A DNA stretch of 64,000 nt, from the NCBI GenBank assembly GCA_051294375.1, contig CM119264.1:18768266-18832265 (forward strand), in the 5' to 3' direction. The position numbers and the translations under genes were made by a program. The notes under the pieces were generated by a model. It was not told the DNA's origin and searched no databases. It saw only the letters and a program-made list of their open reading frames with translations. Below are positions 28,677 through 38,745 of this stretch, piece after piece (the first letter of the stretch is position 1; each line of letters starts with the position of its first letter). Source of the DNA: Paraspadella gotoi. Taxonomy: Eukaryota > Animalia > Chaetognatha.

Positions 28677-29403
28677 CGAGAAGAGCGAGAGAGAGAGAGA
28701 TCAAGACCCGCGGATTCTGGAGGCTTAGAAGGTCGCCTTCTCTCTCACTCCATTTGTCTCAATTATTCGTGTTTTTGTCAAAAGACTCGGTTTCGTCGCG
28801 AAGTGGATTCCCGCGGAGATGGGGTTCACGATCGATGAAGTCTCACAAAATCGGTGACAAATCACGCGGTCTGATTTCACTGAGGAGATGACCAACGATT
28901 CGTTTCGTTCAGCGCGTCGCTGTTTCATCGCGTTGTCTTCCGAGTTTCACACCACCGAACATCACGCCCTTTCCCGTCTCACTCCTAAGGCAGACCTTTT
29001 TAATAGCGTTCTCACCGGTCATCATTATGTATTACACCCTGACGCTCGAATCCTTTCAAGATTAACTTTCACTCATTTTTATGCTAAAGATCATCGCTCG
29101 CTCTCTCTTACTTTATTTCCGCCGCGCAGCCGCTATCTCTGCCTTTTCATCGAAGGCGTTACCTTCGCTGAGAAATTCACTGTTATCGTGAAAATTGTTT
29201 TTGCCAGCTTACGCACCAGGCACCAGACATACAAGGTATGCTGAGTCAATACTGAGATTCCAGCCCACCTCTCACAACGTCTGCCTCGCCAGGGCGTGCT
29301 GTCATCGCCTGCGATACTGGTTCGATTTCTTTTATTATTTATTAACCGCACTTTTTCCCCTTCGACCTGAAAGCCTAGAGTTCCTTTTATCTTATTCTCT
29401 CTC

Positions 29404-29453
<50 letters not shown>

Positions 29454-31624
29454 TCTATATTCTATATTCTCTCTTCATCTCTTTCCTCTTTTCTCTCCTT
29501 TCTCTCTATATCTCACTCGCAGCGAAGAATTTTCTCAGGTGTTGTTGTTCAGAATCAACTCGTTAGCTCACTTTTACTTCCCCATCTATTTTAACTTTCT
29601 CTACTTTTTTACTTACCATCCTTTTGCTCTCTCAACTCCTTTTCAACTAAATTCTAAAGTTCTACTCAATTTCGCGTCTTTCCCCATTTCTCTCTACTGC
29701 GCAAGGGGATTTACATTGTACGATGTTTTACATCATTTCATTGACATCCTTTATTCACCTTCTTATTCCTATTTTTCTATTTTCTTTAACTCAACGTCAC
29801 CCTGCATTTTGAACTCCATCCGTTCTACTCTTTACTCTCAGCTCCACCGTCCTTTCCCTCCCTCTCCACTTTGGCACGATCCTTGCCGAGATGATTATGA
29901 TCGCTAATTGTTTCGGACGCTTTTTTCTTATTAAACGCACTTTTCTTACAAGAGACAATCAGCAGGCAGCTTCCGCGCGTCGCACTGCTTTTTTCGCGCC
30001 GTCTTTTGATATATATATATTTTTTTTGTAATTCAGACCTGTCGTAAGACGGCGTTGTCTTCAGCTTGATCCAAATGGCGGGATTGTCTGATATGCAGGA
30101 GAAGTGAACGCTTAGCCCTTACGGAGAAAAAAAAAGGAGGAGAAAGGAGAACTCTTCTAAGAATAATGGTACAAAGATATTTAAAATACTCATTTCAATT
30201 ACTCAAAATTCCATAATAAACCATTTATCAAAAGAGAAAATAAGGCTATCCCACAAATTGACATCGTTTCCATTCGCCTCCACTGACGACAGGGACGCTG
30301 GTGTATTGATGCTCCATGGAATAAACCAAGAGCGGACCTCGATGACGGCGACGACGTGGAACGACGACCACGGCGAGGACGAAGATGCGGGAAGGCAAAG
30401 TCGACGAGAAGCGACGTAAACCAAAAACAAAAACAGAGATAGAGGACGAAAGGGCGCGGCGACGTTGCGAGGGCGGAGGGGCGACGGCAGACGACGGTGG
30501 AGGGACACGGCAGACGACAGTGGAAGGAGGGAGTGGAGATAGAAAATATCGACGGAAGAGACGATGATAGAAGAATCGGGACAACGCCGTGATGACGTCT
30601 CATCGTCGTAAGTGCGCTGTTTTCGAATGAACTCGTCTCTGATTCCGTCGCAGTCAACTTCGTCGATGAATCCGGGTTGGGTTCGGTCGAGAGTCCGGGC
30701 AGTTGCGAGGAGCGACCGGATTGGGAGAAGGGATCCGAACAGTCGACTGGAACAGATTTGGACAGGAGTTGACATCGTCTTCAAATCCTCGTCTCGAGTT
30801 TCGATGCCGATCGCGTTTCTCTTCAAACTTTCTCACGCGGATCTCGGCTTTCGATTCCACTTCGACCTCGAGAGACGAAACCTCGACTCCGGAGCGGCCG
30901 ATTCGGTCGCCGTGACTTCCGTTTTTTTTCGCGCCGCTCTTGACTCGGTTCACGTGACTCTTGGTTTCGGCAGCCTTGTTTCTCGTTCTGTTCAACGTGA
31001 CTCTTCCCTCGTCTCCGGAGACGGATCGCGTCGACTTCGAGTCTCGTCACGCGATTCGAAACCTCTTCACGTGATTCCGCCCTTGATCACGCGACCTCGA
31101 AGTCTCGTCACGTGTACTCGCAGGTGAAGTCGCGCGATTCTTTGTCGGAGGAAGACCGACCGCTAATGGAACCCGGTTTTTACGACGTCCGCCGTTTGCT
31201 TCGGTCCCGGGAAAACGTGGGGAAGAAAAGGGGAGACGATGGGTTAAGTGGGGGAAGAGGAGGATCTTGTTTGGGGAAGGAGAGATCCAAAGGAGCGGGA
31301 AGAGAATTTAGATGTAGGGATTGGGGAAGAAGGGAAGGAAGCGGAGGAGGGGAGAGTGAGATGGGATGCGAAGGAGTTGGGAATCAAAGGTAAATGGGCG
31401 TGGCTTTTGGCGCAGCATATGAGGAGATTAGGTGCGAGGGGGCGTCCTGGAAAAGTCAGCCGTTCCGCGGTTTTGTGGTCGAAGCGAATGGGGCGCAAGT
31501 AGGGCGTAGTGCTCGGAGTTGTCAGCGGCGGCGGAAGCGACGGCCTTGACCCCGGCGAACGTCGGCCTCGGGCACGTGGCGAAGTGGGCGCGACGTCCAA
31601 TTACAAAGTCGACCGCGACGCCAT
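26513..31624 (-). CDS. Second copy (copy A) of IgSF exons 1-4: about 31624-30288, 30118-30039, 27773-27649 and 26622-26513
   Basis: Near-identical to the copy B exons but with scattered 1-bp indels, consistent with read error or an allele. Contiguous with exon 5. Confidence 0.75.
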
Positions 31625-32017
31625 TTGGCCCGCGAGCGACGAAAACAAAAGGGGAATTCGGACGTCGAAAGTCGACGCAAAGCGTCAGAGCAAACCGAGA
31701 CGCTGAGTGGATCGAAAGCAGTTTCTGGGTTCAAAAAGAGAGAAGGGGAGTGAACTGGCGATGTGGATCCAGGAACGCGAAGGAGATTTTTACAGTCACT
31801 AATCCCCTTATGATAGGAAATAAGATGCGAGCGAATCTGATCGTGTCCTCGATCTTTGCCAACGACGTTAAGCCTGTAATAAAAAGTAGGGGACGACTTT
31901 TTTATGTTAAATAGATCAATTATTAGGCGTAGAAAAGGTTAAAATAAATAATACGTTAAAATATTTACGTTAAGTGTTAATTTTCTTGCTGTTTATAATC
32001 GCTATTAAAATTATTTG

Positions 32018-32392
32018 CTTGCTTTTGGAAAAGCTACAAACTTCCTTATTTGGTTTATGATTAAAAAGCAATAGCTTTTGCAAAAGCAAACGATTGCCTT
32101 ATTTGGCGTTTTGGTGCGCGTGTTGGCTTTTAGTTGGGCAAAATGACCTTATTAGGAAATTTTAAAAACAACAGTAGCTTTTGGAAAAAGCAAATTAGCT
32201 TTGGGAAAAGCTATACATTTCCTTATTTGGCACTTTAAAAGGCGTGTTAGCTTTGGGAAAAGCTAGATATTACCTTATTTGGGCATTTTTAAAGGTGTTA
32301 GCTTTGGGAAAAGCTAGATATTACCTTATTGGGCATTTTAGAGGCATGGTTAGCTTTGGGAAAAAGCTAGACATTACCTTATTTGGGCATAA
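32018..32392 (+). repeat. LTR U3 tandem repeat, about 52-bp unit, each with a CArG-type box and usually a TAGCTTT-GGGA-AAAGCTA palindrome
   Basis: CCTTATTTGG at 32044, 32097, 32221, 32273 and 32377; CCTTATTAGG at 32147; CCTTATTGGG at 32324. Confidence 0.9.
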
Positions 32393-32473
32393 AATTTAGC
32401 AAATTAGAAAAGCAAAATTTTGGCTCTTTTAGAAGCAAAATATTGGCTATTTAACAGCAAGATCTTCATTCTA

Positions 32474-32502
32474 GTCACGTGACCAAATTGAGGGCTATAA
32501 AA
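32474..32502 (+). promoter_or_regulatory. LTR core promoter: palindromic E-box GTCACGTGAC and TATA box (GGGCTATAAAAG)
   Basis: GTCACGTGAC at 32474-32483 and TATAAAA at 32496-32502, directly downstream of the U3 repeats. Confidence 0.75.
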
Positions 32503-32561
32503 GCAAGAGCGTTCAGAGCATCAAGGGGAGTCACATACGTCCCTCCTTGAAAGCTAGACTC

Positions 32562-32744
32562 CTCTGACAATAGTCAGAAAAATAAAAAGGTGGATAAAAA
32601 CTCTGACAATAGTCAGAAAAACAAGAAGGTGGCTAAAAACTCTGACAATAGTCAGAAAAAAACAAGAAGGTGGCTAAAAACTCTGACAATAGTCAGAAAA
32701 ATAAGAAGGTGGTTGAAAACTCTGACAATAGTCCGAAAAATAAG
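32562..32744 (+). repeat. LTR 39-bp tandem repeat (5 units), each with a TCTGAC-AATA-GTCAGA hairpin
   Basis: Units start at 32562, 32601, 32640, 32681 and 32720; the last has GTCCGA. Confidence 0.92.
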
Positions 32745-33224
32745 GGTCCTTTGGCAGGAGGGCCTGACGGGAAAGGCCTGGAGCGCCTTTAGCATACTGA
32801 AGGGACCCTGGAAGGAACTTAGTGACGGACAAGGGAGTCTTGCTTTCAGAGGGCTAAAGGGCTAAAATAATTAAGTTTACAAGAATATTAAATTTGTTGC
32901 TTCCAAAGCTGACATTGTCTGGTCAAAAAGTATGGTATATCTAAGTAGAAAAAATAAATAGTACTAAGGTTTTGTAGTAGGGATAGCATTGATTGTACTG
33001 TGTAAATTCTTAGCCAGTTATTATTGATTTTATGTCTATGATTATACTGTGTATGCATAAAGTCTGTGCATTGAACTGTCATTTAAAAAGTAGTTAATAA
33101 TAAATTAAAGTGTACTAATGTATTTTTCTCTCTATTTGTTTCAGGTATAAAGCTTAATTAGCAAAGCTAGTTAAAACACGACCCCCATGGGATAAAAAGA
33201 ATCCTATAGAAAAGCTCGCTAGAA

Positions 33225-33247
33225 AATAAACACTACTGACAAATAAA
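33225..33247 (+). terminator. Candidate LTR polyadenylation signals (two AATAAA)
   Basis: AATAAA at 33225-33230 and 33242-33247, about 180 bp before the LTR end, the position expected near the R/U5 border. Confidence 0.5.
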
Positions 33248-33422
33248 AACTGAGCTAACCACGGCCAAAACAAAGTGTTTTCATCGGCGAAACTAAGTGT
33301 TTTTAATAACGACTCAGCGTCGCGGCGCCGTGTCGCCGGCCATCTCGAATCTCGGCTCTATCGCATCCATTTTAACCTTACGTCCACCGTACGATTTTAC
33401 ATCCAATAATTTTTATTTCATC

Positions 33423-33447
33423 TGGCTCCCAATGTGGGGCTCGAACC
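33423..33447 (+). promoter_or_regulatory. Primer-binding site complementary to the 3' end of tRNA-Lys(CUU)
   Basis: TGGCTCCCAATGTGGGGCTCGAACC versus the canonical Lys1,2 PBS TGGCGCCCAACGTGGGGCTCGAACC (23/25). It includes the complement of the post-transcriptional CCA. Confidence 0.88.
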
Positions 33448-33613
33448 NNNNNNNNNNNNNNNNNNNNNNNNNACATGCATTTTTTGTCCTATACGTTATC
33501 ATTTCGACGAATCCAATTCGAATTCCCTTTCACAATTCTCAGGCTGGGATTCCTCACCCCCTTAACTCACCCAAACCCTCCCCATCGATCGCCGAGACTC
33601 CAGCGGAACTTAC

Positions 33614-33729
33614 CTTGCAGGTAGCGACGGCAGGCAGCCCCTCGTAAAGGTCGAGATTGGGTGGACTGCAGATGGGGACTGTCGTGATGAATAATGTATA
33701 GGTTTGAATGTTGCCGCACATGTAGGACC
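33614..33729 (-). CDS. IgSF gene, exon 4 (copy B): GSYMCGNIQTYTLFITTVPICSPPNLDLYEGLPAVATCK
   Basis: Acceptor cccaccAG; donor caag|GTAAGT; 116 bp, phase 1 to 0. Completes the D-A-G-S-Y-M-C (DxGxYxC) V-set motif and begins Ig2 (EG..A..TC). Confidence 0.92.
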
Positions 33730-33771
33730 CTGGTGGGCGGACAGGCGGAAAAAAAGGGCGGGGAGAGAGAA

Positions 33772-33833
<62 letters not shown>

Positions 33834-34042
33834 AGAGAGAGAGAAGAGAGAGAGACGAGAGAGAGAGAAGAGAGGAGAGAGAGAGAGAGAGAGGGGGAGC
33901 AAAGAGAGAAAGAGAGAGAGAGGAATTTAAGTAATGAAAAGCGTTTGAAAGGCCCGTAAAAGTTTTTCCCCCTGTAACCCACTGTTAGAGGAAAGCGAAA
34001 AGTTAAAAAAAAGAAAATGTCTCTCTGTCTTTAGCGCGCTCT

Positions 34043-34102
<60 letters not shown>

Positions 34103-34228
34103 AGGTGGCGAAGTTGGAAACTGGAAAGGTTGGCAGCGAGGTTTATGCAGAACAGCAGCGAGAAAACTGTAAAGGGGATAAAGGGAGCCTCCGGGGATTA
34201 TCGATTTAAAGTGAAAAACTTCACCTCC

Positions 34229-34259
<31 letters not shown>

Positions 34260-34750
34260 CGTTGAGACGACTTTTTTTAAAGTGGGGCTTTAATTTGATT
34301 TTCAATCTTTAAGCACCCCTCCTTTACCCCAGGCGAAGGTTTCTCCCCGCCCAAATTATTCTTTTATTATTTTTGGTTCCAAAACTGTCAATTCGATTGT
34401 TAGTCCACATGTGTTTCTTTTTTTTTTTAATCCGATAAAAGTTTGATTTCTTTTTTCCTTAACTGGAATCCAATATTTTTTTTTTCTTTTAAAATATTTT
34501 TTGTGGTGAACAATGATTCAAGTACTTTTCATAAAGCGCCCTATTTCAGTTTAAATTCAGAATTTAGTATGTTTTTAAGTTTAAAGATTAAGTTAGTGGT
34601 CAGGGATAGATATTGAGATTAAAATTAAATTCAAGGATAAGGAAATTAGTTGTTAATGTTTTATAAATAATTATGATCTTTTTTCTAGAATAATGCCAAA
34701 ATCCAGAACAGAAATAAAACAAGGTCGTCGTCCCGCTCGGCCGGACTCAC

Positions 34751-34875
34751 CGGCGTCGCTCGGATCCACGTGTCTGATGACCATCGTGTAGAGATTGTTT
34801 TTCCGATCCAACAGGAAACCGTATTTTTCCTGGTGGGTGCTGGGGTCGTAGGGGGACAACCCGGAGGCCAGGATC
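34751..34875 (-). CDS. IgSF gene, exon 3 (copy B): ILASGLSPYDPSTHQEKYGFLLDRKNNLYTMVIRHVDPSDA
   Basis: Acceptor ctctctttttAG; donor gccg|GTGAGT; 125 bp, phase 2 to 1. Shows the Y-T-M-x-I-x-x-V-x-x-x-D-A-G pattern of V-set E-F strands. Confidence 0.92.
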
Positions 34876-35721
34876 CTAAAAAGAGAGAGAGGGGGAAAGT
34901 ATAGGAGCGTGGAGCTCGGGCCAACTGGATTGTGTTGATGTCGTTTACGGGCGACCAAGGGGAAAGTGAGGCAAGAGTTCTGCGTTCTATGCGACCCGAG
35001 GGTCGTTGTTGTACTGATTGTCCTAGATAGTGGTAGTTGTCGTTGTCTCAACAACGAATTTATTCATAAAAAAAAAGGTTAGACTTGGAGGAAAGAAAGA
35101 AATAAAGAACAACTAAGGTTCGAGAAAAAGAAGAACGAAAGGTTTCGACTTTAGGTTGAAAGGCGCAAAAAAAATCTAGGGTGAGGAAAAAAGAAAAAGA
35201 AAATTTCTTGGAAAGTCTCAAAGCAGAATCGTATTAAGAAAGAGAGAAAAGAAAGTACAAAGCAAGAGAAGCCAGGAAAAATGTTTAAAAAAATAAAAAA
35301 AAGGAAAGTTCCTGACAAAAAAAAAACGGGGGGAGAAGAAAGAGAAAAAAACTAGGAAGGGCCCGATAAGAAGAAGCGACGTTAATGGTCTTGAAAAAGA
35401 TTGCGCGGCGGCTGCTACGGCGGCGTCGGCTGCGTCGGAGGTGCCGGCTACGTCGACGGCAGCACCGGCAACTCTAGGACGGATGAGGGTATAAGAGAAG
35501 GAGAGTCGTGGGTAGCGAGGTCGGCGAGAAAACTGATTCACTTCACTTTTTTTTTCTTCGTCTTTTCAATTTGTTCTCAATTCGCTCCGTCGAAGATCGA
35601 ACCGAAGGTTTTGACATTTTTTAAACCCGAACGAAATATTTTAAAGCTAATTCAAGTTTTTATTTTTTTAGGAAAGACTTTATAACTCTTTCATAACAAC
35701 TTAGCTTAACATGATAATGTT

Positions 35722-35781
<60 letters not shown>

Positions 35782-36503
35782 CGAGAGAGCGAGAGAGAGA
35801 GAGATCAAGACCCCGGATTCTGGAGGCTTAGAAGGTCGCTTCTCTCTCAACTCCATTTGTCTCAATTATTCGTGTTTTTGTCAAAAGACTCGGTTCGTCG
35901 CGAAGTGGATTCCCGGCGGAGATGGGGGTCACGAATCGATGAAGTCTCACAAAATCGGTGACAAATCACGCGGTTCTGATTCACTGAGAGATGACCCAAC
36001 GATTCGTTCGTTCAGCGCGTCGCTGTTTTCATCGCTTGTCTCCCGAGTTTCACACCACCGAACATCACGCCCTTTCCCCGTCTCACTCCTAAGGCAGACC
36101 TTTTTAAATAGCGTTCTCACCGATCATCATTATGTATTACACCCTGACGCTCGAATCCTTTCAAGATTAACTTTCACTCATTTTTATGCTAAGATCATCG
36201 CTCGCTCTCTCTACTTTATTTTCCGCCGCCGCAGCCGCTATCTCTGCCTTTTCATCGAAGGCGTTACCTTCGCTGAGAAATTTCACTGTTATCGTGAAAA
36301 TTGTTTTTGGCTCAGCTTACGCACCAGGCACCAGACATACAAGGTATGCTGAGTCAATACTGAGATTCCAGCCCACCTCTCACAACGTCTGCCTCGCCAG
36401 GGGCGCTGCTGTCATCGCCTGCGATACATGGTTCGATTTCTTTTATTATTTATAACCGCACTTTTTCCCCTTCGACCTGAAAGCCTAGAGTTCCTTTTTA
36501 TCT

Positions 36504-36557
<54 letters not shown>

Positions 36558-37146
36558 ATATTTCTATATTTCTCTCTTTCTCTCTTTCTCTCTTTCTCTC
36601 TCCTTTCTCTCTATATCTCACTCGACAGCGAAGGAATTTTCTCAGGTGTTGTTGTTCAGAATCAACTCGTTAGCTTCACTTTTACTTCCCCATCTATTTT
36701 AACTTTCTCTCACTTTTTTACTTACCATCCTTTTGCTCTCTCAACTCCTTTTCAACTTAAATTCTAAAGTTCTACTCAATTTCGCGTTTTCCCCATTTCT
36801 CTCTACTGCGCAAGGGCGCATTTACATTGTACGATGTACATCATTTCATTGACATCCTTTATTCACCTTCTATTCCCATTTTTCCGGTTTTTCTTTAACT
36901 TCAACGTCACCCTCAATTTTGAACTCCATCCGTTCTACTCCTTACTCTCAGCTCCACCGTCCTTTCTCTTCCCTCTCCACTTTGGCACGATCCTTGCCGA
37001 GATGATTTATGATCGCTAATTGTTTCGACGCTTTTTCTTTTATTAAACGCACTTTTCTTACAAGAGACAATCAGCAGCAGCTTCCGCGCGTCGCACTGCT
37101 TTTTCGCGCCGTCTTTTGATATATATATCTTTTTTTTAAATCAGAC

Positions 37147-37225
37147 CTGTCGAAGACGGCGTTGTCTTTCAGCTTGATCCAAATGGCGGGATTGTCTGAT
37201 ATGCAGGAGAAGTGAACGTTAGCCC
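37147..37225 (-). CDS. IgSF gene, exon 2 (copy B): V-type Ig B and C strands, GANVHFSCISDNPAIWIKLKDNAVFDR
   Basis: Acceptor is a polypyrimidine tract plus cgtAG; donor acag|GTctga; 79 bp, phase 1 to 2. Contains the canonical Ig Cys and Trp and an N-glycosylation sequon (NVH is not one; the Cys/Trp spacing is the main evidence). Confidence 0.88.
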
Positions 37226-37394
37226 CTACGGAGAAAAAAAAAGGAGGAGAAAGGAGACTCTTCTAAGAATAATGGTACAAAGATATTTAAAATTACTCAT
37301 TTCAATTACTCAAAATTCATAATAAACCATTTATCAAAGAGAGAAATAAGGCTATCCCCACAAATTGACATCGTTTCCATTCGCCTCCACTGAC

Positions 37395-38745
37395 CGACAG
37401 GGACGCTGGTGTATTGATGCTCCATGGAATAAACCAAGAGCGACCTCGATGACGGCGACGACGTGGACGACGACCACGGCGAGGACGAAGATGGCGGGAA
37501 GGCAAAGTCGACGAGAAGCGACGTAAACAAAAACAAAAACAGAGATAGAGGACGAAAGGACGCGGCGACGTTGGCGAGGGCGGAGGGGCGACGGCAGACG
37601 ACGGTGGAGGGACGACGGCAGACGACGGTGGAAGAGGGAGTGGAGATAGAAAATATCGACGAAGAGGACGATGATAGAGAATCGGGACAACGCCGTGATT
37701 GACGTCTCATCGTCGTAAGTGGCGCTGTCTTCGAATGGAACTCGTCTCTGATTCCGTCGCAGGCAACTTCGTCGATGAATCCGGGTTGGGTTCGGTCGCG
37801 AGTCCGGGCAGTTGGCGGAGGAGCGACCGGATTGGGAGAAGGGATCCGAACAGTTCGACTGGAACAGATTTGGACAGGAGTCGACATCGTCTTCAAATCC
37901 TCGTCTCGAGTTTCGATGCCGATCGCGTTTCTCTCAATTTTCTCGACGCGGATCTCGGCTCTCGATTCCACTTCGACCTCGAGAGACGAAACCTCGACTC
38001 CGGAGCGGCCGATTTCGGTCACGTGACTTCGCGTTTTTTTCGCGCCGCTCTTGACTCGGATCACGTGACTCTTGGTTTCGTCGGCCTTGTTTTTCGTTCT
38101 GTTCACGTGACTCTTCCCTCGTCTCCGGAGACGGATCGCGTGACTTCGAAGTCTCGTCACGCGATTCGAAACCTCGTTCACGTGATTCCGCCCTTTGATC
38201 ACGCGACCTCGAAGTCTCGTCACGTGACTCGCAGGTGAAGTCGCGCGATTCTTTGTCGGAGGAAGACCGACGCTAATGGAACCCGGTTTTACGACGTCCG
38301 CCGTTTGCTTCGGTCCGGGAAAACGTGGGGGAAGAAAAGGGGAGACCGATGGGGTTAAGTGGGGGAAGAGGAGAATCTTGTTTGGGGAAGGAGAGATCGC
38401 AAAGGAGCGGGAAGAGAATTTAGATGTAGGGATTGGGGAAGAAGGGAAGGAAGCGGAGGAGGGGAGAGTGAGATGGGATGCGAAGGAGTTGGGAATCGAA
38501 GGTAAATGGGCGTGGCCTTTTGGCGCAGCATATGAGGAGATTAGGTGCGAGGGGGCGTCCTGGAAAACGTCAGCCGGTTCCGCGGTTTTTGTGGTCGAAG
38601 CGAATGGGCGGCGCAAGTAGGGCGAAACGTGCTCGGAAGTTTCAGCGGCGGCGGAAGCGACGGCCTTGACCCCGGCGACGTCGGCCTCGGGCACCGTGGC
38701 GAAGTGGGCGGCGACGTCAATTACAAAGTCGACCGCCGACGCCAT
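37395..38745 (-). CDS. IgSF gene, exon 1 (copy B): long low-complexity N-terminal extension, hydrophobic signal/anchor segment and start of Ig1
   Basis: Lies in the 487-codon stop-free ORF 37306..38769. ATG at 38745 is in a strong context (gcaagATGg); alternative ATG at 37710 (MRRQSRRC). Encodes the hydrophobic stretch ALANVAASFRPLSLFLFLFTSLLVDFAFP and ends ...MEHQYTSVPV-g|GTCAGT (phase 1), which joins the next exon in frame. The 3' part is well supported; the true start is uncertain. Confidence 0.7.
38019..38250. repeat. Degenerate 21-bp-period repeat of TCACGTGA (in frame: SHV-x4 heptads) inside IgSF exon 1
   Basis: Perfect TCACGTGA at 38019, 38061, 38103, 38178 and 38220; variants at 38136, 38157, 38199 and 38241. 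Also present in copy A (about 30906-31140) and copy C (about 43393-43642). Confidence 0.85.

Larger units (their letters stand above)
31875..33420 (+). mobile_element. 5' LTR (1546 bp) of an LTR retrotransposon (tRNA-Lys primed, possibly Ty3/gypsy); internal region not assembled (gap at 33448-33472)
   Basis: Starts TGTAATAAAAA and ends TTTTTATTTCA (TG...CA, 10/11 terminal inverted repeat). A PBS follows 2 nt later. Contains TATA and AATAAA signals. The homologous sites near 38995 and 44423 are empty. Candidate target-site duplication AAGCC (31870-31874; right-hand copy not visible). Confidence 0.88.

Noticed and set aside
31868-31874. piggyBac-type insertion at TTAA
   Set aside because: Homology with the empty site continues through ttaagcc. 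The insert starts TG, ends CA and is followed by a PBS.
32562-32744. CRISPR-like array of palindromic repeats
   Set aside because: The sequences between hairpins are near-identical rather than unique spacers, there are no cas genes, and the array lies inside a eukaryotic LTR.
33423-33447. tRNA-Lys gene on the minus strand, truncated by the gap
   Set aside because: It includes the CCA that eukaryotic tRNA genes do not encode and sits 2 nt after a TG...CA LTR end, so a primer-binding site fits better.
36321-36418. Possible extra exon in intron 2 (GDDSSAPGEADVV... ending GTAAG)
   Set aside because: Weak acceptor, the frame is not consistently open between copies, and exons 2 and 3 already join into a complete V-type domain.
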